DNA from: an uncultured Gemmatimonadaceae bacterium | Lineage (GTDB): Bacteria; Gemmatimonadota; Gemmatimonadetes; Gemmatimonadales; Gemmatimonadaceae | DNA length: 64,000 nucleotides | Reading direction: 5' to 3' | Assembly (NCBI GenBank): GCA_963781585.1 | Contig: CAWAGQ010000005.1 | Span: forward strand, 288,001-352,000 | Shown here: in pieces, positions 20,044 to 28,941 of the stretch | Numbering within the stretch: position 1 is the first letter of the stretch | Layout: each line of letters opens with the position of its first letter | Notes under the pieces: generated by a model | Database searches by the model: none | What the model saw: only the letters and a program-made list of their open reading frames with translations | Told to the model about the DNA's origin: nothing | Position numbers and translations under genes: made by a program

Positions 20044-20358
20044 ATGACTGAGGCTGCAGTGTTCATCCTGGTATTCGGCGGCCTCTTCGTGCTGCGCATC
20101 GTGGCGGCAACGATCGTGTTCGGCGTCTTGTTGCCGAAGGGAGATCGGTGTCCAAACTGCGACGCGATCACTCTTCGAGTGCAATCGCCGTTCTCCGATC
20201 GCTTTCTTCCGTGGTTTCGGAAACGCTGGTGTCTCGCGTGTGGGTGGCATGGCATGTTGCGCCGGGGCTTGCCCGGCACTGAGACGCCAGCCGTGCCCGA
20301 CGCCGACGTCAAGCGAGGGCGCCGACAGCCACGACGCAACGCCCACCGATGGACATGA
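20044..20358 (+). CDS. Small membrane protein with putative zinc ribbon
   Basis: N-terminal TM segment; CPNC and CLAC pairs. Confidence 0.65.
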   Translation: MTEAAVFILVFGGLFVLRIVAATIVFGVLLPKGDRCPNCDAITLRVQSPFSDRFLPWFRKRWCLACGWHGMLRRGLPGTETPAVPDADVKRGRRQPRRNAHRWT

Positions 20359-20577
20359 ATCGCAATCGGGGCAATTCCCCGCCGACGTGCAGAACTGCTC
20401 ACTCGGCGACGACGTGCAGCCACCGATCCCCCTCGCGGCACCGTATTAGATGCACATGGATAATATATTGTGCTCCGGACCCCGGTTCCCGGAATGGCGG
20501 CGTCGCAGCACCCGGGTGTCCCCTGTTCGAGTCCCGCTTCCGATCATCGGGAACCACTCATGCGCAGTCCTCTCCAC

Positions 20578-22530
20578 ATGCGGCGCTCTGACTCCGTGCG
20601 GTCCTTCGAGGCCACGTTCGACGTCATCGTAATAGGCGGCGGCCATGCTGGGACCGAGGCGGCCGTCGCGGCATCCCGTGCAGGAGCGCGGGTCGGCCTC
20701 ATCACCAGCGCGGTTGAGACGATTGGGCAGATGTCGTGCAATCCCGCGATCGGCGGAATTGCCAAGGGGACCGTGGTGCGCGAGGTGGATGCCCTGGGCG
20801 GCCTCATGGGAAAGGCAACCGACATGGCGATGATCCAGTTCCGGATGTTGAATCGGAGCAAGGGAGCCGCCGTTTGGGCGCCGAGGGCCCAATGCGATCG
20901 GGGTCTCTACCGCCGCGCCGTGAGGACTCTGCTCGATCAGCATCCGGCTCTCCATATCGTGCAGGGAACCGTCTCCGCGTTGCTACTGGCCACGGACGAG
21001 CAAGCGGTGCGGGGAGTGGAGACGCTCGAAGGCCGGCGATTCGGTGCAGCAGCGGTGGTGCTAACGGCCGGCACCTTTCTGCGTGGCCGCATCCATATCG
21101 GAACAACGACCCGATTCGCGGGCGGGCGCGCAGGCGAAGCGCCGGCCACCCATCTGGCCGAACAACTGGAATGCGCCGGCCTGGAGATCGCGCGCTTCAA
21201 GACCGGCACACCGCCTAGAATCGACGGTCGTTCCGTGGATCTGTCGATGCTGGAGCGACAGGATAGCGAAATCACGCTCTATGACTATTCGTGGTCGCAC
21301 TTCTGGGAAACCACCCGTGTGCAGGGTGGTGGCAGTCGACATCCGCCCCAACTGCCCTGCTGGATTACCCATCTTGAGTCTCCAGGCAAGCAGCTGATCG
21401 GCGATCACCTTGCGCAGTCGGCCATGTACGGAGGTGCGATCAGCGCTCGCGGTCCGCGCTACTGCCCCTCGGTCGAGGACAAGGTGGTCCGGTTCACCAA
21501 TGCGGAGCGCCATCAGGTGTTTCTCGAACCCGAAGGCCACGACACATCCGAACTGTATGTCAACGGACTTTCTACTTCGCTGCCGGCAGACGTTCAGCTC
21601 GCGGTCCTGCGGACCATTCGAGGACTGCGGGAAGTGCGAATGACGCGTGCGGGGTACGCGATCGAGTACGACTACTTTCCTCCCACCCAGCTCAAGACCT
21701 CATTGGAGTCGCGATTTCTGCGGGGCCTGTTCCTCGCCGGCCAGGTCAACGGTACCACGGGATACGAGGAGGCTGCGGGACAGGGGTGCGTAGCCGGAAT
21801 CAACGCGGCGCTCAGCGTGCGTGGAGATTCGCCCGCGGTGCTCGGTCGCGAATCGTCATATATCGGTGTGCTGGTCGACGACCTCGTGTCGCGTGGTGTC
21901 GACGAGCCCTATCGGCTCTTCACGTCTCGCTCCGAGTTTCGCCTCACCGTTCGCCAGGATAATGCACTCTCCCGACTCGCCCCAATTGCGATCGAGCTGG
22001 GGCTGTTTTCGGACGGTGAACTGGCGCTTGTGCGCCGGCGCGATGATGACGAGGTACACGCCCTGCGCATTGCCCAAGCAACGTCCGTTCGACCAGACGC
22101 TGTCAACGCGTTGCTCCACGAGGCGAAGACCACGGGCATCACGGCGCCCGCCAGAATCTCCGAACTCGCCCGGAGGCCGGCTGTCGGACTGCGACACCTT
22201 TTCGCGGCAGCCGGTGTCGCCGAGAACATCTGCAACGATGCCATTACCACCGTGGAACTGGAGCTGAAGTACGCCGGGTATTTCGCAAGGGAACGAGCCC
22301 AAGCAGAGAGACTGCGCCAGATGGGAGCATTTGCCCTGGCCTGCAACCTTCCATACGAGACGTTCCGATCGCTTTCCTCTGAGGCACGACAGAAGCTGGC
22401 CGTGCGAAGGCCTGCCACACTGGCGCAGGCGGGGAGTATTCCGGGCGTGAGCCCAAGCGATCTGCAGAACCTGGTCATCGAAGTCGAGCGCCTCCGTCGC
22501 GTTGCTGATTCAGTTGTGAACGCGTCTTGA
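20578..22530 (+). CDS. mnmG: tRNA uridine-5-carboxymethylaminomethyl modification enzyme (start uncertain, 20560 or 20578)
   Basis: Motifs VIVIGGGHAGTEAA, MSCNPAIGG, KTGTPPR, GPRYCPSVEDK, AGQVNGTTGYEEAA and EPYRLFTSRSE. Confidence 0.97.
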   Translation: MRRSDSVRSFEATFDVIVIGGGHAGTEAAVAASRAGARVGLITSAVETIGQMSCNPAIGGIAKGTVVREVDALGGLMGKATDMAMIQFRMLNRSKGAAVWAPRAQCDRGLYRRAVRTLLDQHPALHIVQGTVSALLLATDEQAVRGVETLEGRRFGAAAVVLTAGTFLRGRIHIGTTTRFAGGRAGEAPATHLAEQLECAGLEIARFKTGTPPRIDGRSVDLSMLERQDSEITLYDYSWSHFWETTRVQGGGSRHPPQLPCWITHLESPGKQLIGDHLAQSAMYGGAISARGPRYCPSVEDKVVRFTNAERHQVFLEPEGHDTSELYVNGLSTSLPADVQLAVLRTIRGLREVRMTRAGYAIEYDYFPPTQLKTSLESRFLRGLFLAGQVNGTTGYEEAAGQGCVAGINAALSVRGDSPAVLGRESSYIGVLVDDLVSRGVDEPYRLFTSRSEFRLTVRQDNALSRLAPIAIELGLFSDGELALVRRRDDDEVHALRIAQATSVRPDAVNALLHEAKTTGITAPARISELARRPAVGLRHLFAAAGVAENICNDAITTVELELKYAGYFARERAQAERLRQMGAFALACNLPYETFRSLSSEARQKLAVRRPATLAQAGSIPGVSPSDLQNLVIEVERLRRVADSVVNAS

Positions 22531-22570
22531 CGTTGCGCTGGTCCCAAAGACCTGGGACATCCGACAACTC

Positions 22571-24625
22571 ATGTCTGCTATCGATTCTGACGCGCCCGTC
22601 GCCAGGCGCCGCAGCTTGCTTCTCGCGCGACTCTCGGCCATCGCGCTGCTGGTGCTCGGGATCCTGCCCGTCGCCAACTGGATTCCCGGCGGACATGACG
22701 CACCCTGGTATCGCGTCTCCCTGAACGAATGGATCTACGGCACGTTGGTCGCCGCTGGCGTCACGGCCATCGTCGCGATACTCGCGCGTCGTATGCCGTT
22801 TCGTGTTGGCAGCGCCGTGGAGCACGTGAGTGCGCTGGCGGAGCGAAACCATCGGGCTACGACCGTCGCGCTGACGGCTCTCGCCTTCTGTCTCTATGCT
22901 GTCATCGCACGCTGGGTCTTCTCAGCGAAGCCCCTCTTGATTGACGAGATCGTGCAGGTGATGCAAGCCCGTATTTTCGCAGCGGGACGATTGGTGCGGA
23001 CCGTATCCGCGGCTCCCGAGTTCTTCAGTGCTCTTAATGTCGTTGACTTCAACGGACGGTCCTTCTCTCAGTTTCCTCCCGGGGGGCCGTTGATGCTGAC
23101 GCCGGGAGTCCTTCTGGGAGCCCCGTGGCTGACTGGACCAGTTTTCGGGGCGCTCTCGGTGGCCGTGTACTGGCAGATTGTTCGCAGTGCCGAACCCCGC
23201 CACTCGGTGTCGCTCGGTGCGGCGATGCTGCTCGCGTTCGCGCCATTCATGGCCTTCATGGCCGGCTTCCACATGAACCACGTGCCGACGTTGTTCTGGC
23301 TGTGCCTGGCGATGTGGAGTCTGCAGCGGCTCATGCAAGGCAGCGGGCCGTCTCCCCGCCTCGCGGCATTATGCGGACTTTCATTCGGCTTGATGGCCAC
23401 AATCCGGCCGGTTGATGCCTTGGCGTTCGCTCTTCCCGCGGGCGTGTGGCTGCTGAGCCGCGCCATCCGTGCGCCAGACGTCTGGCGTGACGTGGTTGTC
23501 GCCGGAGTGGGGGTTGCAGTGCCCCTGCTCATACTGCTCGCGTTCAATGCCCATACCACGGGGAGTCCGTTCCTCTTTGGCTATGAGCTGTTATGGGGAA
23601 AGAGCCATGCGCTTGGCTTCCACCGGGCGCCATGGGGCATCTCGCATACTCCGGCACGCGGACTGGAGCTGGTCAACCTCTACTTGCTCCGGCTGCAGAA
23701 CTACCTCTTCGAGACGCCCGTCCCGTCGTTGGTCCCGTGTGCACTTGCACTTGCGCTGACGCCAGCCCTTCGTGCTTTTGACCGCTATCTCCTTTGGGGA
23801 TGCACCCTGCTCGTCACGAGCTATTTCGCGTACTGGCACGATGGGTTCTTTCTTGGGCCTCGCTTCTTTTACTTGCTGCTTCCCGCGCTTGTCCTCTGGA
23901 CCGCACGTTTCCCATCACTGGTTCGAGCTCGCTTGCCGCGAGTCCCGAGCGCGCATCGCATCGTTCTCATCGGATATGCGGCGAGCGCGTGCGTGGCGCT
24001 CGTGGTGTCCGTCCCGGTACGGGTGAAACAATACGCGGGCGGATTGACCTCAATGCGCCAGGGCTTCGGCGATCCCGCATCGGTTGCCGGCGTGCATGAC
24101 GCACTCATACTGATCCGAGAAAGTTGGGGAGCTCAGATCATAGCGCGATTGTGGGCTCTCGGCGTACCCCGAAGCGACGCGGAGCGGATCTACTGGGGCG
24201 TGGATACGTGCGAGCTGGAGGAGGCCGTGTCGAGTCTCGAGCTCTCGGGCATACGGGGTGACCCGGCGGTCCGCGCGTTACAGCCGTTGCTCCGCGATTC
24301 GCTTCGTCTTGTCCGGAGCGACCTGTCACCCGATTCAACGGAGCGGGTTCTGCCCGGTTCGAACTACGGGCTGGTCTGTTCTCAGCGGATCACGGAGGAT
24401 CGCGCCGGATATACCTTTCTTGCGCCGGCGCTGGCCATGAACCCAGGGACGAATGTCTATGCGCGGGATTTGCATCAACGGGACAGCCTGCTGTTCCAGG
24501 ACTTTCCCGGTCGGCCAGTGTATCTGTTGCGCCCGCGTACCAGCGACTTGGGTGCCCCGCTGGAACTGACGCCCTTGTCCCTCGATTCTGCGCGTGCCGA
24601 TTGGCGCCTCGCATTGCAGAACTGA
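22571..24625 (+). CDS. Polytopic membrane protein, GT-C/ArnT-PMT-like glycosyltransferase
   Basis: About 12 TM segments, a DE pair after the early TM helices (LIDEIVQ), FPPGGP, and GPRFFY. Confidence 0.6.
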   Translation: MSAIDSDAPVARRRSLLLARLSAIALLVLGILPVANWIPGGHDAPWYRVSLNEWIYGTLVAAGVTAIVAILARRMPFRVGSAVEHVSALAERNHRATTVALTALAFCLYAVIARWVFSAKPLLIDEIVQVMQARIFAAGRLVRTVSAAPEFFSALNVVDFNGRSFSQFPPGGPLMLTPGVLLGAPWLTGPVFGALSVAVYWQIVRSAEPRHSVSLGAAMLLAFAPFMAFMAGFHMNHVPTLFWLCLAMWSLQRLMQGSGPSPRLAALCGLSFGLMATIRPVDALAFALPAGVWLLSRAIRAPDVWRDVVVAGVGVAVPLLILLAFNAHTTGSPFLFGYELLWGKSHALGFHRAPWGISHTPARGLELVNLYLLRLQNYLFETPVPSLVPCALALALTPALRAFDRYLLWGCTLLVTSYFAYWHDGFFLGPRFFYLLLPALVLWTARFPSLVRARLPRVPSAHRIVLIGYAASACVALVVSVPVRVKQYAGGLTSMRQGFGDPASVAGVHDALILIRESWGAQIIARLWALGVPRSDAERIYWGVDTCELEEAVSSLELSGIRGDPAVRALQPLLRDSLRLVRSDLSPDSTERVLPGSNYGLVCSQRITEDRAGYTFLAPALAMNPGTNVYARDLHQRDSLLFQDFPGRPVYLLRPRTSDLGAPLELTPLSLDSARADWRLALQN

Positions 24626-25222
24626 GGAAGCGCGACTGGGTCATCGCGCTTGTCGACCGATATACCTTCCCCGAAGTGAGCCCCGAGAGGCAGCGCTCAA
24701 TTAGTATCTAGTAGTGTATAAATACTAAACACCCATGTTCCGTCGTGAACAGGAGGACTTCAGCGGTGGGTTGAAGTTGAATCGCTGATGAAGCCCGAAG
24801 CTCGCGTCGCGACATCGCCCGGTTGCCTGCCGGCTCATTGTGACGAGTGGTCTCGAACAAAGCAGGTGTCCCGGCCTACAAGCAGTTCGTCCGGGAACGT
24901 CCACCGAGAGCGCCGGGATACCGGGCTTGATCGCGTGTGTCGCCAACCTCGGGCGCCACCGTACTCCGAACGCTCATTCAACAACCGCGCTTGCCCTGGC
25001 AGCATCGCTGGCGTGGCATCCGCAACAGCCACGCTGAGATGATCGCTGCCGTCTGCTTGTGAATGTCGCCTGCCAGGGAGCACGTGAGTTCGCTGGCGAT
25101 GGTGAGGCGCCAAGCGGAGTTTCATCTACTCTCGACGAAACGGGTGCGGCCGAGGCAGGCACGAGAGCATCCCTCCACGCTTGCGAGAGGAGGGAGAGCT
25201 AAGTACCGGCAGTTTCCTGTTC

Positions 25223-25238
25223 TGTTTCACGTGAAACA
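25223..25238. other. parS: parS centromere-like site
   Basis: Perfect TGTTTCACGTGAAACA, 78 bp upstream of parA. Confidence 0.93.
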
Positions 25239-25316
25239 CGACCGTCCGCTGGCCACGGGGCTCGGCCCCAAGTATGTTCGTCAGAATCTGGCAGGGTACT
25301 AAATGGTTTTGGCGAA

Positions 25317-26123
25317 TTGACCCAAATCATCGCGATTGCCAACCAAAAAGGCGGCGTTGGGAAGACCACAACTGCGGTCAACCTTGCCGCCTGTCTTGCT
25401 GCGGCTGGCCATTCGGTGCTCCTCGTGGACGGCGATCCCCAGGCGAATGCGTCCAGTGCGGTCGGAATCCGGCGAGAGAATCTGCACGGTAGCCTCTACG
25501 ACGTATTGATAGGTCGTCGGCGAATCGAGGAGATGATCTCTCGCCATGTGCAGTTCGAAGCGCTTGACGTACTGCCGTCAACGCCAGATCTGGCAGGAGC
25601 GGAGGTTGAGCTGGTTAGCGTGCCGAGGCGTGAGTTTGCGATGGCAGACGCTCTCCGCACCTTGAGCAGGTCGTACGACTTCATTCTCATTGACTGCCCG
25701 CCCTCACTGGGCTTGTTGACCGTCAACATGCTTTCGGCAGCTGATGGAGTGCTCATCCCTCTCCAGTGCGAATACTTCGCCTTGGAGGGTCTGACGCAGC
25801 TAGTTCACACAATTCGATTGGTCAAGCAGTCGCTGAACTCCGGGCTGCTGATTTATGGGGTTCTGCTAACCATGTACGATGCCAGATTGAACCTCTCGAA
25901 GCAGGTGGCGGCTGATGTACGTCAGTTCTTCAATGAGCTGGTCTTTCGGACGGTAGTGCAGAGAAACATCCGTTTAGCGGAGGCACCGAGTTTTGGACAG
26001 CCCATTCTTCAGTATGATATCGCGTCCGTTGGAGCGCAGGCGTATCTCCAACTGGCAGAAGAGATTGTGTCGCGCTTGACTACGAATGTTCCTCGCGAGT
26101 CAAATACACTATTGACCGGCTAG
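25317..26123 (+). CDS. parA: Chromosome partitioning ATPase ParA/Soj
   Basis: Motifs NQKGGVGKTT, DGDPQAN, IDCPPSLG, QCEYFALEG and RLAEAPSFG. Confidence 0.96.
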   Translation: MTQIIAIANQKGGVGKTTTAVNLAACLAAAGHSVLLVDGDPQANASSAVGIRRENLHGSLYDVLIGRRRIEEMISRHVQFEALDVLPSTPDLAGAEVELVSVPRREFAMADALRTLSRSYDFILIDCPPSLGLLTVNMLSAADGVLIPLQCEYFALEGLTQLVHTIRLVKQSLNSGLLIYGVLLTMYDARLNLSKQVAADVRQFFNELVFRTVVQRNIRLAEAPSFGQPILQYDIASVGAQAYLQLAEEIVSRLTTNVPRESNTLLTG

Positions 26124-26129
26124 CAATAG

Positions 26130-27035
26130 ATGACAGATCCACTACCACAAGACAGAGCGCAACGGCTCGGTCGAGGCCTAGGGGCCCTGATTAATCCAGT
26201 AGGCGTGTCGGATTCCACCGGGCCAGGAGAGAGGCTCCGGGATATTCCGTTGACCTCGATCGTCCCGAATCCCCATCAGCCCAGGCGGCAATTCCGACAC
26301 GATGAACTCGCTGAGCTGGAGAACAGTCTACGCACAAACGGACTGCTCCAGCCGATCACAGTACGTGCTGCAGGCAGCGCCTACGAGATCATCGCCGGCG
26401 AGCGACGTGTTCGCGCCGCTCGGGCACTAGGCTGGACTTCTATTCCAGCCCTCGTCCGCGAAAGCAGTGACTCCCAATCGTTGAGCTTGGCACTCGTCGA
26501 GAACCTGCAGCGCCAAGACTTGAATCCCATCGAAGAGGCTGAGGGCTACAGTCGACTCATTCATGAATTTGGGCTTACCCAGATGCAAGTAGGCGAAGCA
26601 GTCGGAAGAGATCGCTCCACAGTGGCAAACCTGCTTCGCCTTCTCAATCTTCCCGAGGAGGTACAGCAGTTCGTACGCGACGGGCTTCTCACCGAGGGGC
26701 ATGCACGCGCTCTGCTCTCGTTCGCGGATACTGGCTCACTACTCAAGGCCGCCCGGCAGGCTGTCAGACGAAAGTTGACCGTTCGCGACCTCGAGCGTCT
26801 TGCACAAGAAGGAAAGGGCAAGCCGCGCAGCCGGCGGGATGAGTCAGGTCGTCCGGCGGTAGGCGCCGCAGAGGTACGAGATATGATCGATCGGCTGCGG
26901 CGCTATCTACAAACCGACATCCAGATCGTCACGAAGGATAACACCCAGGGAGAATTGCGAGTCCGTTTCTACTCCCCTGATGACCTGGAGCGACTCCTGG
27001 AGCTGATCACCGGCAAGATGGAGCATGGCCCATGA
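26130..27035 (+). CDS. parB: Chromosome partitioning protein ParB/Spo0J
   Basis: Motifs LGRGLGAL, NPHQPR, AGERRVRA, ENLQRQDLNPIEEA and RSTVANLLRLL. Confidence 0.96.
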   Translation: MTDPLPQDRAQRLGRGLGALINPVGVSDSTGPGERLRDIPLTSIVPNPHQPRRQFRHDELAELENSLRTNGLLQPITVRAAGSAYEIIAGERRVRAARALGWTSIPALVRESSDSQSLSLALVENLQRQDLNPIEEAEGYSRLIHEFGLTQMQVGEAVGRDRSTVANLLRLLNLPEEVQQFVRDGLLTEGHARALLSFADTGSLLKAARQAVRRKLTVRDLERLAQEGKGKPRSRRDESGRPAVGAAEVRDMIDRLRRYLQTDIQIVTKDNTQGELRVRFYSPDDLERLLELITGKMEHGP

Positions 27036-27077
27036 CTGAGCCCCTCGACGCAGAAGTGCTGAACTCACGGAGACCAC

Positions 27078-27530
27078 ATGGCGCTCTTCAACAAACCACC
27101 TAACGAGCTGATGCCACAGCGACCAGACCCCTCCCCAGTTCCCGAAGGCACCCCCTCGGTCATTGCGCCGGGAATGAAGATCGTCGGCGATGTCGAAACC
27201 AGCGGCGTCGTGAAAGTAGACGGTGCCATCGAAGGCTCCATCCGCGGCGCCCGCCAGGTGCTCCTCGGACGAAGCGGCAGCATTCAAGGCGACGTGCACG
27301 CCGAAGAGGCGATACTTGCCGGCAAGGTCGTCGGCACCGTGGCCGCTAGCGAACGCGTTGAGGTCCAGAGCAGTTGCCGGATCGATGGCGATATCTCGAC
27401 GCGGAGCATTGTGGTGCTCGAAGGCGGCGTCATCAACGGCAACGTCAGAATGGATGAGTCAGCCAGCCGGTCCGCTGGTATTCCGGTAACCGTTTCGCCA
27501 CCTGCGCGACAGATATCGCTAACCCAATAG
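27078..27530 (+). CDS. Bactofilin (polymer-forming cytoskeletal protein)
   Basis: SVIAPGMKIVGDV...VDGAIEGSI...G.V.G beta-helix repeats and VLEGGVINGNV. Confidence 0.9.
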   Translation: MALFNKPPNELMPQRPDPSPVPEGTPSVIAPGMKIVGDVETSGVVKVDGAIEGSIRGARQVLLGRSGSIQGDVHAEEAILAGKVVGTVAASERVEVQSSCRIDGDISTRSIVVLEGGVINGNVRMDESASRSAGIPVTVSPPARQISLTQ

Positions 27531-27539
27531 GTTCTCCAC

Positions 27540-27563
27540 GGTGGAAAACATACGTTTTCCACC
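27540..27563. terminator. Hairpin after the parAB-bactofilin operon (possible terminator or protein site)
   Basis: ggtggaaaac-atac-gttttccacc is a perfect 10-bp stem 9 bp after the stop; there is no U-tract. Confidence 0.35.
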
Positions 27564-28034
27564 CATGGACTATCAGCCATAGCATCAGACGGATACGGCA
27601 CTATGGTCTGCTTTCAAACAGCCGTTTCCAGACGTCTTCAACTCCAATCTCCACACGTCGGCACAAGGTGACCGAACGCTATCCCGGTCATCATCATTCC
27701 GAAGCCGGCCTGCATCGTGTGTGTAGCCGGGGGCCCAGGCGTATGGCTAGAAAACAGGGCCTTGGTGTGGCGAGCTCAAGCCGCACGGGTTCCCTTCCGA
27801 AGTCGGTAGTTCGCCGTTTTTGACGAGGGGATACTCGGCCGCTCTGCTGCTCTCCCTTGACACCGATATTCCATTCGGATGCGCGTGAGAGTCACTACTA
27901 GTCCAAGTCTCGCCCCCGCCGCACTCCTTGCTCGCGGGTCCTGTTGACGTGCGTCGGCCTCTCTCCAGCGCGCACGTTCGATCCAGGTGCGTGGAATCTG
28001 GCCGCCCATCCCCGATCCTCCCCATTGGCCGGTC

Positions 28035-28811
28035 ATGACAGCCTCGATTCGAGACATTACTACGTATCTCGACTCGCTACTCAGTACATCGTCGATTCCC
28101 GACTATCCACTCGCGCTGAACGGACTTCAGTGCGAGCATCGCGGTCCGGTGCACCGTATCGCCTCCGCCGTGGATTTTTCGCTCAGGACAGTGGAAGAGA
28201 CGGCACGCCGCGGTGCCAACCTGCTTCTCGTTCATCATGGCATGTTCTGGGGCGGCCTTGAGCCGTTGAGGGGCGCGACTCTTGAACGGCTTCGCTTGCT
28301 GCTCACCCATGACATCGCGGTATACGCGTCTCACCTGCCCCTAGACGCGCACGATCAGTTAGGCAACAGTCTGCTCCTCGCACATGCCCTGGGACTTGTG
28401 CCGTCCCGCCCTTTCGCGCACTTCCAAGGAGTCCCCATCGGCGTCGCGGGCAAGTCCGAGCTGTTGACAGAGGAGCTGATTGGACGTGCCGAGCGGTTTG
28501 CCCAAGAATGGGGTGGCAGGGCTCGCGCCTCTGCGGGCGGAAGCGGTCGACACACGCGACTCTGGGGGATCTGCACGGGGGCGGGGGCGACGCCCGAGAC
28601 GTTGCGGGAGGCCCGCGCCCTTGGGCTGGACACGCTAATCGTTGGGGAGGGCTCTCATCACACAGCGGTGGCGGCGCCGGAGCTTGGCCTTGTGATCATC
28701 TATGCGGGTCACTACGCCACTGAAACACTGGGCGTTCGCGCGCTCGGCGAACGATTGTCTGCCCAATTCGACCTGCCGTCGGAGTTCATTCTCGCTCCGA
28801 CCGGGTTGTGA
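28035..28811 (+). CDS. Nif3-like dinuclear metal centre protein
   Basis: Motifs NGLQ, LVHHGMFW, YASHLPLDAH, GN, TGAG and AGHYATETLG. Confidence 0.92.
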   Translation: MTASIRDITTYLDSLLSTSSIPDYPLALNGLQCEHRGPVHRIASAVDFSLRTVEETARRGANLLLVHHGMFWGGLEPLRGATLERLRLLLTHDIAVYASHLPLDAHDQLGNSLLLAHALGLVPSRPFAHFQGVPIGVAGKSELLTEELIGRAERFAQEWGGRARASAGGSGRHTRLWGICTGAGATPETLREARALGLDTLIVGEGSHHTAVAAPELGLVIIYAGHYATETLGVRALGERLSAQFDLPSEFILAPTGL

Positions 28812-28941
28812 GCATCTTACGGACGTGAGCAGACGCGGAGCGCCGCAGTCCACGTGCACCGGACTCCTTGAGACAATGACCACTCGGCGCTGCACAATGC
28901 CGTGACACGACGGCCTCGCCGGTTCGATCCTTCGCGCATTC

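Noticed and set aside
20484..20555. tRNA suggested by GTTCGAGTCCC
   Set aside because: The T-stem cannot pair (ccctg versus cccgc), and there is no cloverleaf or CCA end.
24701..24728. dif site (28-bp palindromic element)
   Set aside because: No XerD arm (TTATGTTAAAT-like), and the location is origin-proximal.
27531..27550. Second parS (gttctccacggtggaaaac)
   Set aside because: Needs several indels to fit the 16-bp consensus.
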